Source: Gemmatimonadales bacterium (lineage in GTDB: Bacteria > Gemmatimonadota > Gemmatimonadetes > Gemmatimonadales > GWC2-71-9). Taken from it: 64,000 bases of DNA. The notes beneath the pieces were generated by a model. That model was not told where the DNA came from, ran no database searches, and saw only the letters and a list, made by a program, of their open reading frames with translations. Positions 28,312-38,860 of the stretch are shown piece after piece. The position numbers and the translations under genes are program-made. Positions within the stretch are counted from its first letter, which is position 1. Each line of letters begins with the position of its first letter. The stretch spans positions 1,206 through 65,205 of the forward strand of contig DATIXG010000139.1 of NCBI GenBank assembly GCA_035518815.1. Direction: 5' to 3'.

Positions 28312-29315
28312 GCGACCGCGCCTCCGCCCGCCATCTGGGCGCCGATGTCCTGGGTCAGGTTGCTCCGCACCATTTGCGCGGCAACCCGGACCGCGTTCAT
28401 GATGGCGCGCGCCGGCGACGCGCCGTGGCAGATGATCGCGACGCCCCTGACTCCCAGGAGCGGCGCCCCGCCGTAGGAGGAGTAGTCGAGGAACTGGAGC
28501 AGCTCTCGCGCCGCAGGGCTCCCCAGGACGTCGGGAAACGACGTCTGCAGCATCCCGGCGAACATGCGGCCCGCCGACTCGTAGAACTTGAGGATCGCAT
28601 TCCCCACGAAGCCGTCGCACACGACGACGTCGATGCGGCGCCCGCGGCACTGGCCTGCGAGGATGTCGCGGCCTTCCACGTTGCCGATGAAGTTCAGCCC
28701 GTGCGCGGCCTTGAGGAGCTGGTGCACTTCCTTCACGATCACATTCCCCTTCTCATCTTCTTCGCCCACGTTCAGCAACCCCACGCCGGGGTTCTCCTGC
28801 TCCAGCACGTCGCGGGCGTACACCGAGCCGAGGTGCGCGAAGTTGACGAGCTCCCGTGCGTCGCAGTCCACGTTCGCCCCGCCGTCGATCACGAGCACGG
28901 GGTGGTGCGGCGTGGGGAACGGCGCGCCGATGGCCGCGCGCTCGACGCCGGGGTGGAGGCGGAGCAGCAGGGTAGCCGCGGCCATCACGGCCCCCGTGTT
29001 GCCGGCCGAGATGAACGCGTCGGAGGCGCCAGCCTTCTGGAGGCCAAGCCCGACCGCGATGGAAGACCGCGGCTTGCCCTTCACGGCGGCGAGGGGCTTC
29101 TCCCCCATGCCGACGATTTCCGGAGCGTCCACGATCTCGAGCCGGGCGCGATCGATGGTGGGGTACCGCGCGAGCGCGGCTTCCACCTCCGCGCTGCGCC
29201 CCACGAGCTGGATACGAAAGGTGGGAGGCAGGTCCCGCAACGCCAGCGCGGCGCCTTCGACCTCGACCTGCGGAGCGTTGTCCCCACCCATCGCGTCCAG
29301 CGCGATGCGGATCAC
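28308..29315 (-). CDS. plsX: Phosphate acyltransferase
   Basis: 335 aa from GTG 29315. Motifs IALDAMGGDNAP and SAGNTGA. Confidence 0.92.
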   Translation of the reverse strand: MIRIALDAMGGDNAPQVEVEGAALALRDLPPTFRIQLVGRSAEVEAALARYPTIDRARLEIVDAPEIVGMGEKPLAAVKGKPRSSIAVGLGLQKAGASDAFISAGNTGAVMAAATLLLRLHPGVERAAIGAPFPTPHHPVLVIDGGANVDCDARELVNFAHLGSVYARDVLEQENPGVGLLNVGEEDEKGNVIVKEVHQLLKAAHGLNFIGNVEGRDILAGQCRGRRIDVVVCDGFVGNAILKFYESAGRMFAGMLQTSFPDVLGSPAARELLQFLDYSSYGGAPLLGVRGVAIICHGASPARAIMNAVRVAAQMVRSNLTQDIGAQMAGGGAVA

Positions 29316-29316
29316 G

Positions 29317-29499
29317 CTAGGCGTCCTCGACCGCCACGCGTTGTGCGTCCCCGTAATAGCCGCAAGTCGGGCACACGTGATGCGGGCGCCGCAGGTCCTG
29401 ACAGCGCGGGCAGGGTTGCAGCTGGGTGGCGGCCGCCTTGTAGTGCGTCCGGCGTGCCCGTTTCTTCCGTTTTGACGTACGTCGCTTGGGTACGGCCAT
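29317..29499 (-). CDS. rpmF: 50S ribosomal protein L32
   Basis: 60 aa starting at MAVPKRRTSKRKKRARR, with a zinc ribbon CPRC...CPTC. Confidence 0.93.
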   Translation of the reverse strand: MAVPKRRTSKRKKRARRTHYKAAATQLQPCPRCQDLRRPHHVCPTCGYYGDAQRVAVEDA

Positions 29500-29514
29500 C
29501 GCTGTTCGCCTCGT

Positions 29515-30024
29515 TCAGTCGCGCAGTTTCTCTTTGATGGCTGCGAGCGCGCTCCACCGGGCATCGGCGACCGGCGCGCAGCCGCAGGGGCCCGCGTTCA
29601 AATCCTTCCCACACCGCGGGCACAGGCCGCGACAGTCGTCGCGGCACAGTACGTACTGCGGCACGGCAAGAATGAGCTCCTCGCGGACCGCCGCCGTGAG
29701 GTCGATCTCTTTGGCATCGGCCTCGAGCGGGTAGGAGTCCGGGTCCTCGAGGGCGTCCGGGTCCTGCGCGAACAGGGCCCGTACGTCCGCGTGGATTGGC
29801 GTCACGACTGGCTCCAGACAGCGCCGGCAGGCCGCGGCAGCCCGGGTCGTGAGCGTCCCCCGCCAATAGAACCGCCCTTCCCCCGCATCCTGCAGGCGGC
29901 CCGCCACCCGCACGGGCTCGTCCAGTGTGTAGCCTAATCCCTCGAACAGGGGGTCAGTGACGGGGATCTCGCCTCGCGTGTCCACGGGTCCACGGGCCAG
30001 CTCCCGGAGATCGACTCGGAGCAT
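29515..30024 (-). CDS. yceD: YceD/DUF177 family protein (large ribosomal RNA accumulation protein)
   Basis: 169 aa. Occupies the conserved position upstream of rpmF. C-terminal Cys cluster CRDDCRGLCPRCGKDLN. Confidence 0.8.
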   Translation of the reverse strand: MLRVDLRELARGPVDTRGEIPVTDPLFEGLGYTLDEPVRVAGRLQDAGEGRFYWRGTLTTRAAAACRRCLEPVVTPIHADVRALFAQDPDALEDPDSYPLEADAKEIDLTAAVREELILAVPQYVLCRDDCRGLCPRCGKDLNAGPCGCAPVADARWSALAAIKEKLRD

Positions 30025-30035
30025 GCGCAGCGAAC

Positions 30036-30467
30036 CTAAACCCTTGTGGCACTTGCGTCAAGCAACTCCGGCCCGGGGAAGAAGAATGCCACCTCCCGGG
30101 TAGCATTTTCCGGGGAATCGGAGGCGTGAATCGCGTTCCGCTCCTTGGATTCGGCGTACAGCTTGCGGATGGTGCCCGGTTTGGCCTCCGCGGGGTCGGT
30201 GGCGCCGATGACGTCGCGCAACACCGTCACCGCCTGGTCACGCTCGAGCGCCAAGGCGAGGGCCGGACCGGACGTCATGAAGGTGACGAGCGAGCGGAAG
30301 AACGGACGCTCGCGGTGCACCGCGTAGAAGGACTCGGCCTGGGCCTGCGTCAGGCGGACCAGCCGTGCGCCCCGCAGGCGAAAGCCCGCGTCCTCGAGGT
30401 GCGCCAGGATCTTGCCGGCGCGGCGCGCCTGAACGGCGTCTGGTTTGATGATCGCGAGAGTGAGCAT
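30036..30467 (-). CDS. ndk: Nucleoside diphosphate kinase
   Basis: 143 aa. Starts MLTLAIIKPDA, with the active-site His in NAIHASDS. Confidence 0.93.
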   Translation of the reverse strand: MLTLAIIKPDAVQARRAGKILAHLEDAGFRLRGARLVRLTQAQAESFYAVHRERPFFRSLVTFMTSGPALALALERDQAVTVLRDVIGATDPAEAKPGTIRKLYAESKERNAIHASDSPENATREVAFFFPGPELLDASATRV

Positions 30468-30491
30468 GAAGTAGGGGCTAGGGGCTCGGGG

Positions 30492-31418
30492 TTAGGGGTT
30501 TGGGGCTGAGGGTGGAGCGATGAGACGGCGGATCAGGTCGGCGCGAGTCAGAAACCCTACCACCTTTCCCTCCCGCACGACAGGAAAGCGATCGACGTCC
30601 TTGCTGTTCATCAGATTGGCGACATCCGACAGGGTCTGGTCCTCGGCGAGGCAGAGCACCGAGCGCGCCATGGCTTCCCGCACGGGAATCAGCTGCGGGT
30701 CGGCGGAGCCGCGCTGCACCTGCGCCCTCGTAGGGGCGCGGAACTCGCCGCTCTTGGTGCGCTGCAGGTAGTCGGGGATCAGGTACCGCACCAGCTCGCG
30801 ATGCGTCACCATGCCGAGCAGGGCCCCGGTGTCGTCCACGACCGGCAGCGCCCGCACGTCGCGCTCGACCATGAGGCGCGCGGCCTCGCCCATGGTCGTG
30901 TCCGGCCGGATGCTCAGGACGCCCGGCGTCATCAGGTCGCGCACCAGCAGATGGCTGGGCAGATCGATGGCTCCGAGCGCCGGCAGGGCCATCACGTCCG
31001 CGGGGCTCCGCGCGTCGTGCAGTCCCTGCACGGTGCCGGGGTCCGAGAGCGCCCGCGCGAACGCGCCCATCACCTGGAGGTAGGTGGGGGTTTCGCGCGG
31101 CGGCGCGACGACGAAGATGACGATCCGGGCGGTCCGCTGGCGATCGCGCTCCGAAGCAACGGGCGTCCGGGCGACGCCGACCGCGGCGAGCAGGCTGCGA
31201 ACGGCTTCGGTCCGGAAGTGGGGCAGGAACGCTTCCTCCCCGACAGTCGCCAGGTCTTCCGGCCAGGCGTTCTGGATCACGGCATAGAGCCGCTTCGGGT
31301 CCGCCACGGCCCCCGTGTCCACCAGGCGGCGCGCCAGCTGCTCGGTGGCTTCACGGACGGTCGTGGCGTGCAGGGGGACGATGATATGCTGGGAATGCAG
31401 GACGTCGTGCAGCTTCAC
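30492..31418 (-). CDS. PTS EIIA type-2 (PtsN-like) domain fused to a CBS pair
   Basis: 308 aa with a GTG start that overlaps the sucD stop. The N-terminal roughly 150 aa look EIIA-2-like, with a His in EEAFLPHFR. The C-terminus has two CBS motifs (VRDLMTPGV...MVTHRELV and VREAMARSV...GFLTRADLI). Confidence 0.6.
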   Translation of the reverse strand: MKLHDVLHSQHIIVPLHATTVREATEQLARRLVDTGAVADPKRLYAVIQNAWPEDLATVGEEAFLPHFRTEAVRSLLAAVGVARTPVASERDRQRTARIVIFVVAPPRETPTYLQVMGAFARALSDPGTVQGLHDARSPADVMALPALGAIDLPSHLLVRDLMTPGVLSIRPDTTMGEAARLMVERDVRALPVVDDTGALLGMVTHRELVRYLIPDYLQRTKSGEFRAPTRAQVQRGSADPQLIPVREAMARSVLCLAEDQTLSDVANLMNSKDVDRFPVVREGKVVGFLTRADLIRRLIAPPSAPNP

Positions 31419-32281
31419 AGCCGCTCCTTGAGGAGGGGCACGACGTCCGCCGGGCGCTGCATGACCGGGATGCCGGCAGCCGCGAGGGCCGCGACCTTTT
31501 CCGCCGCCGTTCCCCCCGCCCCGGCGGCGATCGCGCCGGCGTGACCCATGCGGCGGCCCGGGGGCGCGGTCTGTCCGGCGATGAACCCGACGACTGGCTT
31601 GGTCATGTCGCTCTGTACGAACGCCGCGGCCTGCTGCTCATCCGTGCCGCCGATCTCGCCGATCAACACCACCGCATCCGTCTGGGGATCGGATTGAAAC
31701 GCCGCCAGACAGTCCACGAAGCTCGTCCCGATGATGGGGTCGCCACCGATGCCCACGCAAGTGGACTGCCCGAAGTCGTGGCGCGACAACTGATGCACGA
31801 TTTCGTAGGTCAGGGTGCCGCTGCGGGACACCACGCCGATGCGCCCGGGCCGGCAGATGGGACCCGGGATGATGCCGACCTTGCTCTGGCCGGGCGTGAT
31901 CAGCCCCGGGCAGTTGGGCCCGATGAGCCGCACGCCGCGCTCGCGCAGGAACGGGATCACCCGGCTCATGTCGAGCACCGGAATACCTTCCGTGATGCAG
32001 ACCACCAAAGGCAGGCCGGCGTCGGCGGCCTCGAAGATCGCGGCGGCGGCAGCCGCAGCCGGCACGTAGATGACGCTCGCGGTGGGATGCGTGTCCTGCA
32101 CCGCGTCCGCCATCGTGTTGAACACGGGCACTCCGTCGAAGAGCGTCCCGCCCTTGCCGGGTGTCACCCCGGCGACGACGCGGGTGCCATAACTCATCAT
32201 CTGGCGTGTGTGGAACGAGCCGTCGCGCCCGGTGATGCCCTGGACGACGAGCCTCGTATCGCGGTCGAGGAAGATGCTCAT
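31415..32281 (-). CDS. sucD: Succinyl-CoA ligase subunit alpha
   Basis: 288 aa. Starts [18 protein letters not shown], with SRSGTLTYE and the phospho-His context GHAGAI. Confidence 0.95.
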   Translation of the reverse strand: MSIFLDRDTRLVVQGITGRDGSFHTRQMMSYGTRVVAGVTPGKGGTLFDGVPVFNTMADAVQDTHPTASVIYVPAAAAAAAIFEAADAGLPLVVCITEGIPVLDMSRVIPFLRERGVRLIGPNCPGLITPGQSKVGIIPGPICRPGRIGVVSRSGTLTYEIVHQLSRHDFGQSTCVGIGGDPIIGTSFVDCLAAFQSDPQTDAVVLIGEIGGTDEQQAAAFVQSDMTKPVVGFIAGQTAPPGRRMGHAGAIAAGAGGTAAEKVAALAAAGIPVMQRPADVVPLLKERL

Positions 32282-33411
32282 CGGCTCGCCAGCGCCACCG
32301 CGCGCTCGACCGCTTGATCCATATCGGTGAGCGCGGAGAACCCGGCACGGGTGAGGATCTCGATCGCCGCCTCCTCGTTCGTTCCGGTCAGGCGGATGAC
32401 GAGCGGCACCGTGAGCGACAACCGGCCCGTGGCTTCGACGATGCCGTTCGCGACGTCGTCGCAACGCGTGATGCCGCCGAAGATGTTGAACAGGATCGCC
32501 CGCACGGCCGGATCGGCGGTGATGATCTCGAGCGCGTCGACCACCTTCTGCGGGTTCGAGCTGCCGCCGATGTCGAGAAAGTTTGCGGGCTCGCCACCGT
32601 AGAACTTCACCAGGTCCATGGTCGCCATGGCGAGCCCCGCCCCGTTGACGCAGCAGCCGACGGTGCCCTTGAGCTGGATGAACGACAGGCCGGCGTCGCG
32701 CGCGCGTTGCTCCGACGGCGCTTCGGCCGAGCTGTCCCGCAGCGCGGCGATGTCCGGCCGCGCCGGAAGCTCGTTGTCGTCCACGACGAGCTTGGCATCG
32801 AGGGCCACGACCCGGCCATCTGTCGTCATCGCGAGCGGATTGATCTCTGCGAGCGAGGCGCCGAGCCCCGTGAAGGCCGCGTACAGCTGTCGAGCGATTT
32901 CCGCGGCGGCGCGTACTTTGGCGAGATCGTCGTACAGCCTGAAGGCCAGGGCCATCGCCTGATGCGGCAGCAGGCCGTAGCGCGGGTCCACCGTGACACG
33001 GTGAATTCGGTCCGGCGTGCGGGCCGCGACCTCTTCGATATCCACGCCGCCCGCGGCGCTCGCGATCACGACGGGTCGCTGCGCGGCGCGGTCGATGATC
33101 ACACCGAGATAGCATTCGGAGGCGATGTCGACCGCCGGGACGACCAGGACTCGTCGCACCGGCAAACCCTGGATGGTCAGGCTGAAGATGCGGGCCGCGT
33201 GCGCGGCCGCGTCGGCGGCGTCGCGGGCGACCTTCACGCCACCCGCTTTCCCCCGGCCCCCCGAATGGACCTGTGCTTTCACGACGACGGGACCCGCGAG
33301 GCGCTCGGCGATGGCCCGCACGGCCGCGGGCGTCTCGGCGACTTCCCCGGCGACGAACGGAATGCCGTAGCGGCCGAAGAGCTCGCGCGCCTGGAATTCG
33401 TGCAGGTTCAC
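32278..33411 (-). CDS. sucC: Succinyl-CoA ligase subunit beta
   Basis: 377 aa with a GTG start. Starts (M)[11 protein letters not shown], with the ATP-grasp motif [16 protein letters not shown] and [10 protein letters not shown]. Confidence 0.95.
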   Translation of the reverse strand: MNLHEFQARELFGRYGIPFVAGEVAETPAAVRAIAERLAGPVVVKAQVHSGGRGKAGGVKVARDAADAAAHAARIFSLTIQGLPVRRVLVVPAVDIASECYLGVIIDRAAQRPVVIASAAGGVDIEEVAARTPDRIHRVTVDPRYGLLPHQAMALAFRLYDDLAKVRAAAEIARQLYAAFTGLGASLAEINPLAMTTDGRVVALDAKLVVDDNELPARPDIAALRDSSAEAPSEQRARDAGLSFIQLKGTVGCCVNGAGLAMATMDLVKFYGGEPANFLDIGGSSNPQKVVDALEIITADPAVRAILFNIFGGITRCDDVANGIVEATGRLSLTVPLVIRLTGTNEEAAIEILTRAGFSALTDMDQAVERAVALASR

Positions 33412-33423
33412 GCGCGGGCGAAC

Positions 33424-35880
33424 CTAGCGGCGGGGCTGGCTGGGAGCAAGCTTCCCGCCCCCCACCCCGAGCAGGCGCTTCAGCTCGGCGTACAGCCGTC
33501 CGAAGGTTTCGAGGTCGCCTGCGGCGAGCGCGCTGTCGGCCTCCACGGCGAGCCGCCGGGCGACCTCGAGGTGCGCCGCCAGCGATGTGTCCTCCGGCGC
33601 GGCGGCGGGCGACGCCAACAGGGCTCGGAGCGCCGCGCCGGGCGTGGCGCCGTCGGCGGTGCGCTCGGCCCACGTGACGTACGCGCGCGCCAGCCGCTTG
33701 GGAGCGCCGCTCGCCGCGGGCTCGAGAAAGAGGCCCTGCTCAGTCAGGAGCTTGCCGTCCGCTGCCCATAAGCGCATCACGCCCGGCGCCGTCTCGGGCG
33801 AACCGAGCAGCTCGGTGGGCAGGCGCACCGTGTCCGCGCTCCTCCAAAGGCACAGCACGGGCCCCGCCGCCGACATCGTGCCCGCGAGCAGACCGGCGAA
33901 CACGCCCGGCGATCCCGTGTCGAACGCCTGGGCGAGCCACAGGCGAGGGGCGGTGTCGACGTCGGCAGTGGGCGGCGGAGCGACGATCTCATAGGGGTCC
34001 CGGGGACGAGCCCGCCAGATGGCCGTGTCGCCGTCGCCGCGGGCGATCCGGCTCGCCGCGGCCCGGAATCCGCTGCGCGGAAACGGCAGGCCGTCGCGCA
34101 GCCCGGCGGGGAGGCTGTCGCCGGGGCGGATCAACGGCGCGAAGAGCCGCGCCCACGCGGTCGCGAGTGAGTCGGCGCCCGGCGCCACGAACAGGCGCGT
34201 GTCGCCCGTGGCGGCGCTCACGAGGCCGACGAGACTCGCGCGCAGGTATCGAGGCGGCGTGTCCCAGCCGGGCCGGCGCCCGGTGGCATATCCGTAGGAC
34301 ACCCACCAGAGGTTTCCATCGACCAGCGCGGGTGTCGCGTCGTCGAATTGGGCGAAGGGAGCGAGCCTCGTAAGGCGCTCGCGCACGTCGCGCCGCCACA
34401 GCAACACCAGCCCGTCGGTCTCGCCCCGTACCAGCTCGGGGCTCTGCAACGTCCACGCGAGCGCTGTGCGCTGCCACCATCCATTGAGTGGCACGGCGTG
34501 GGCGCGGAGCGCGGGCCATGTGTCGGGCCGGGCCAGCGCGAACTCCCGGAACTGGGACCCGAACCAGTACACCGAGTCGCGCGTTGCGGCGGGGCGCAGC
34601 TCGAGCCCGGAGTCGGCTTCCACGCCGAGGACCGGGCGACCGGCGCGCGCGAAACGCCCACGGTGCAGGTCGGTCCAGCCGGGGGCGGTGGCGGCGGGAT
34701 CGGCGCCGCGCGGCGGCGCCTCGGGGGCCGGGACGACGAGCCACGTCGGCCGCCGCAACGGCAGCCCGGAGTGCCCCGCCCCGGGGGGCACGAGCGCCCC
34801 CCCTGCGGCCGACGCGTGCGTCGGCCACAAGGGCGTGCCGCGCGCGACGGCCGCGATCCGGCTCAGGTCCCACACGGGAAGCGTGCTGAGCGCCGCTGCG
34901 GGGCTCGAGAACCCCGTGGCCCGCCCGACGCGCCAGCCCGCCGCCAGCGCGAGCGCCTCCACGCGGTCGCCGGACCGCTCGGCCGTCGCGGGCCCGGTGT
35001 GGGCCAGCGCGGGCACGACGCCGTACACCGCGAGCGACACGGCGAGCAGCGCACCCCAGCTCAAAGCGAGGAGTCGTGGCCGCTCGCGCACACCCCATAC
35101 GAGCGTCGCGAGCGCCGTGAGCATGGCGAGACCGGCGACGACATGCGCTCCCGAGATGCGGACGCCCAGGGGCCACCCCGCCGCGCCGCGGTGCAGCCCC
35201 GCCACGGCCTCCGCCGGATCGAGGAACGCGGCCCGGGCCAGCGCCAGGGCCAGGAGCGCCAGCAACACGCTGAGGTGGACGCGGGCGTGGGGGCTCGCCA
35301 CGGGCCGCCAACCGGCAAACCGCAGCGACCCGATGCCCGCGTACAAGAGGGCGATGACGAGCGTTCCGGTCGTCGTCGCGAGGAGTGCGAAGTTCTTGCA
35401 CGTGGTGGCCCAGGGAAGCGTCCCGACGTAGTAGCCGAGGTCGCGCTGGAGGACGGGATCGGAGACCCCGAAGCGCGGCGGCTGGGACGCGAGCAGTGCC
35501 TGCAGCCACCAGTCGCCCGTTCCGAGCGTGAGCAGCAGCCCGTAGACCATCCCGCTCCCGAGCGTCGCGGCGAGGAGCACCCGTTGCGGTACCGCTTCCA
35601 CGATTTCCAGATCGCCGAGCCGGCGCGGCAGCTGCACCGAACCGATCGAGGAGTAGACGTAGTAGAGGTTGGCCGTGCCCCAGGCGATCGCGACCAGCAG
35701 CACGAGCCCGTGCACGAGGCGCGACAGGTCGCGCATGGAGAGGTAGACGTCGCCATGGGGCACCGTGGCCGCCCAGGCGCGCTCCGCGGTCTCGACCGCG
35801 AGCCAGCGGCCGCCCACCAGCAGCGTCACCAGGATGGCGAGTCCGACGACGAACGCGCGCCGGCCCCGCGCGGGATTCAA
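33424..35880 (-). CDS. UPF0182-like large polytopic membrane protein
   Basis: About 818 aa. The N-terminus has about 7 TM helices and the loop motif [21 protein letters not shown], which resembles the UPF0182 signature (DP.FG.DI.FYVF.LP). The C-terminal soluble region is divergent. The TTG 35880 start overlaps the upstream stop (TTGA). The start is uncertain. Confidence 0.5.
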   Translation of the reverse strand: MNPARGRRAFVVGLAILVTLLVGGRWLAVETAERAWAATVPHGDVYLSMRDLSRLVHGLVLLVAIAWGTANLYYVYSSIGSVQLPRRLGDLEIVEAVPQRVLLAATLGSGMVYGLLLTLGTGDWWLQALLASQPPRFGVSDPVLQRDLGYYVGTLPWATTCKNFALLATTTGTLVIALLYAGIGSLRFAGWRPVASPHARVHLSVLLALLALALARAAFLDPAEAVAGLHRGAAGWPLGVRISGAHVVAGLAMLTALATLVWGVRERPRLLALSWGALLAVSLAVYGVVPALAHTGPATAERSGDRVEALALAAGWRVGRATGFSSPAAALSTLPVWDLSRIAAVARGTPLWPTHASAAGGALVPPGAGHSGLPLRRPTWLVVPAPEAPPRGADPAATAPGWTDLHRGRFARAGRPVLGVEADSGLELRPAATRDSVYWFGSQFREFALARPDTWPALRAHAVPLNGWWQRTALAWTLQSPELVRGETDGLVLLWRRDVRERLTRLAPFAQFDDATPALVDGNLWWVSYGYATGRRPGWDTPPRYLRASLVGLVSAATGDTRLFVAPGADSLATAWARLFAPLIRPGDSLPAGLRDGLPFPRSGFRAAASRIARGDGDTAIWRARPRDPYEIVAPPPTADVDTAPRLWLAQAFDTGSPGVFAGLLAGTMSAAGPVLCLWRSADTVRLPTELLGSPETAPGVMRLWAADGKLLTEQGLFLEPAASGAPKRLARAYVTWAERTADGATPGAALRALLASPAAAPEDTSLAAHLEVARRLAVEADSALAAGDLETFGRLYAELKRLLGVGGGKLAPSQPRR

Positions 35881-37286
35881 ACGGTGACGCCCGAGGCGCG
35901 GAGCCAGTCCTCGACTTCGCGCCGATTGGCTGCGAGGCTCGCGTCGCGCTGCGCCTCGAAGCGCATCACCAGCACGGGCTGCGTGTTCGATGCGCGCAAC
36001 AGCCCCCATCCATCCGGGAACGTGATGCGGACGCCGTCGAGGCGCGAGACCGGGTACTTCGCGCCGAAGTGGCGCGCGGCTTCCTCGACGACCGCAAATT
36101 TGCGATCGTCGGGGCACTCGATCCGGATCTCGGGTGTCGACACGGTCGCGGGAAGGTCCGCCAGCAGGCGCGACAGCGGCCCCTCGTGCGCGGCGACGTA
36201 ACGCAGCAGGCGCGCCGCCCCGAACAAGGCGTCGTCGAAGCCGTACCAGTCGCCGCCGAAGAACATGTGGCCGCTCATCTCGCCCGCGAGCGGTGCGTGC
36301 AGCTCCTTCATCTTCTGCTTGATGAGCGAGTGTCCCGTCTTCCACATCACCGGCTCGAGCCCGGCCCGCTGCAGCTCCTCGACGAGAATCTCCGAGCACT
36401 TCACATCGAAGATCACCGGACTTCCCTTCGTCCCCTTCCCCTGCCTCTCGACCAGGTCTCGCGCGAAGAGCACGAGCAGTTGATCCCCGAAGACGACCCG
36501 CCCCTGCTCGTCCACCGCGCCGATGCGGTCCCCGTCGCCATCGAACCCCACGCCCAGCTCCGCGCGCTCGCGCCGCACCGCGGCCTGCAGGTCGCGCAGG
36601 TTCTCGACCACCGTGGGATCGGGATGGTGATTGGGGAACGTGCCGTCGGAATCCGCGAACAGCGGGACGACCGTGGCGCCGAGGTGCTCGAGGGTCTCGA
36701 CCGCCACGAGGCTGGTGACGCCGTTGCCGCAGTCCACCACGACCTTGATCGGGCGCGCGAGCGGCGCATTGTGCTGGACGATCGCGTCGCGGTACCGCGC
36801 CAGCACCCCGTCGTCCGATTCGCGCGGGTGACTCGCCCGCTTGGCCCCCGCTTGGGGAAGGCCCTTTGCGATCAGGCGGCGCAGCTGCTGAATGTCCTCA
36901 CCGTACACCGCTTCACCGGCAAGAACCATCTTGAACCCGTTGAACTCCGGAGGATTGTGCGATCCCGTGACCTGGAGACCTCCGTCCACTGCGAGCGTGT
37001 GCGTTGCGAAATACAGCGCCGGGGTGGGCACCTCGCCCACGGAGAGCGAGACGCCGCCCGCGTCCTCGATCCCGGCGAGGACACGGGCCATGAGATCCGA
37101 TCCGGAGGGCCGGTTGTCCCGCCCCACGGCGATGCGGGGCGTGCGGCCCAAGCGCTGGGCGGCGAATGTCGCGAAGGCGGCGCCGATGAGATACGCGGCC
37201 TCGCCGGTGAGCTGGTCGCCCACCGTGCCGCGGATGTCGTATTCCCGGAAAATGACCGGCGGAAGGGGTTCGTGTGGAGCAGCCAC
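35877..37286 (-). CDS. Phosphomannomutase/phosphoglucomutase (alpha-D-phosphohexomutase)
   Basis: 469 aa from GTG 37286, preceded by GGGGAG. Active-site Ser loop is TGSHNPPEFNGFK. Metal loop is GFDGDGDR. Sugar loop is GEMSGH. Confidence 0.88.
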   Translation of the reverse strand: MAAPHEPLPPVIFREYDIRGTVGDQLTGEAAYLIGAAFATFAAQRLGRTPRIAVGRDNRPSGSDLMARVLAGIEDAGGVSLSVGEVPTPALYFATHTLAVDGGLQVTGSHNPPEFNGFKMVLAGEAVYGEDIQQLRRLIAKGLPQAGAKRASHPRESDDGVLARYRDAIVQHNAPLARPIKVVVDCGNGVTSLVAVETLEHLGATVVPLFADSDGTFPNHHPDPTVVENLRDLQAAVRRERAELGVGFDGDGDRIGAVDEQGRVVFGDQLLVLFARDLVERQGKGTKGSPVIFDVKCSEILVEELQRAGLEPVMWKTGHSLIKQKMKELHAPLAGEMSGHMFFGGDWYGFDDALFGAARLLRYVAAHEGPLSRLLADLPATVSTPEIRIECPDDRKFAVVEEAARHFGAKYPVSRLDGVRITFPDGWGLLRASNTQPVLVMRFEAQRDASLAANRREVEDWLRASGVTV

Positions 37287-37300
37287 GTCATCTCCCCGGG

Positions 37301-38860
37301 TTAACGGCCGGCCTCGCCCATTTCCCTCGGGGGCTCGGCGGCGGGAGGAGGAGGCGAGAGGGGCGCGGCATTCGGGGGGCGCACGCTCGCGCCGCTCACG
37401 CGCGCCAGATCGAGCAGGCGGCTGGGCTGGACGCCAAAGGCCACGAGGCCGGCAACCGCCGCCGCGACGACGGCTCCCGCCAGCCTGCCCATGCGCACCG
37501 CGGCGTGCGTCTCCGCGGAAGGCTCGGCCTTCATGTACATGGCCATCACGACGGGCAGATAGTAGCCCGCGGACACGACGCTCGTGAGGACGAGCAGTAC
37601 GGCGAGCAGGGTCTGGCCCGCGCCCGTGGCGGAGAGCAGGATGTACCACTTGCCGATGAAGCCCGCGGTGCCCGGGAAGCCAAGCAGCGAGAGCATGCAC
37701 ACGGCGAGCGCGGCCGCGAGGGCGGGGCGGCGGGAGGCGAGTCCCGCGAAGTCGTCGATCAGGACGTCGCGCTCCCCGTTCCGCCCCTTGGCGGCGAGCA
37801 GGGCGAACGCCGCGAGCGTCGTGAGCGTGTACGCGGCCAGGTAGAAGACGAACGCGCCCCCTCCCCCGCCCCCCGGACGCGCGCCCGCGCTCACCGCGAC
37901 CAGCAGGTAGCCGGCGTGCGCGACGGAGGAGTATGCGAGCATCCGCTTCACCGTGCGCTGCGCGAGCGCGATGAAGTTACCGGCGATCATCGTCGCGGCC
38001 GCGAGTCCCCCCACGATGTGGTGCCACGCTGGGACGCCCGCGAATCCTTCGGTGAGCACGCGGAACAAGGCGGCGAACGCGGCAGCCTTGACGCCCGCAG
38101 CCATGAACCCCGCGATGGGGGTCGGCGCGCCGTCGTACACGTCCGGCGCCCACATATGGAATGGCACCGCCGCGACCTTGAACCCAAACCCGACCAGGAG
38201 CATCCCGAGGCCGATCAGCAGCATGGTGTTGTGCGCGAGCGGCTGCGTCGCGACCTGGGCGCCGATCAACGTCAGGTTCGTGGTGCCGGTGGCCCCGTAG
38301 GTCAGCGCGATCCCGTACAACAGAAAGGCGGTCGCGAACGCGCCCAGCAGGAAGTACTTGAGCGCCGCTTCGGCGCTGGCCGGATTCCGCCGGTTGATGC
38401 CCGCGAGCACGTAGACAGCCACGGACATGACTTCGAGTCCGAGGAAGACGACCATCAAGTCTTCGCCGCCGCTCATGAACATCATCCCGAGCGTCGCGAA
38501 GAGCAGGAGGACGTAGTACTCAGGGGTGCGCAGTTGCTCGCGCTCCAGGTAGTCGAAGGACAAGAGCACGGTGAGCGCGGCGGTGCCCAGGAACAGCCAG
38601 TCGGTGACGAATCGGAAGTCGTCGACCGCGATCATCGCGGGAATGCCCGCCGGCTGGGCGCTGTGCCACCAGAGCCAGAACACGACGGCGGCCGTCGAGA
38701 CCAGGGCGGCGAGCGTCAGCCAGCCGGCAACGCGGCGGTCGCTCTCCGTGCGGTGACGGGCCGCGACGACGAGCAGCACGACCAGCCCCCACGCGGTGAG
38801 CACAAGCTCGGGCAGCAGGGCCACGAGGAGGTCGCGCGACAGCGAGAGATCGAGGCTCAT
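37301..38860 (-). CDS. nuoN: NADH-quinone oxidoreductase subunit N
   Basis: 519 aa antiporter-like subunit. Motifs LKYFLLGAFATAFLLYG and PFHMWAPDVYDGAPTP. ATGA overlap with nuoM. Has a Pro-rich C-terminal tail. Confidence 0.92.
   Translation of the reverse strand: MSLDLSLSRDLLVALLPELVLTAWGLVVLLVVAARHRTESDRRVAGWLTLAALVSTAAVVFWLWWHSAQPAGIPAMIAVDDFRFVTDWLFLGTAALTVLLSFDYLEREQLRTPEYYVLLLFATLGMMFMSGGEDLMVVFLGLEVMSVAVYVLAGINRRNPASAEAALKYFLLGAFATAFLLYGIALTYGATGTTNLTLIGAQVATQPLAHNTMLLIGLGMLLVGFGFKVAAVPFHMWAPDVYDGAPTPIAGFMAAGVKAAAFAALFRVLTEGFAGVPAWHHIVGGLAAATMIAGNFIALAQRTVKRMLAYSSVAHAGYLLVAVSAGARPGGGGGGAFVFYLAAYTLTTLAAFALLAAKGRNGERDVLIDDFAGLASRRPALAAALAVCMLSLLGFPGTAGFIGKWYILLSATGAGQTLLAVLLVLTSVVSAGYYLPVVMAMYMKAEPSAETHAAVRMGRLAGAVVAAAVAGLVAFGVQPSRLLDLARVSGASVRPPNAAPLSPPPPAAEPPREMGEAGR

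Noticed and set aside
33989-36201. Overlapping 506-aa (minus, other frame) and 617-aa (plus) ORFs inside the UPF0182-like gene
   Set aside because: Both translations are Arg/Pro/Gly-rich and low in complexity. The chosen frame gives coherent TM helices and a family-like loop motif.
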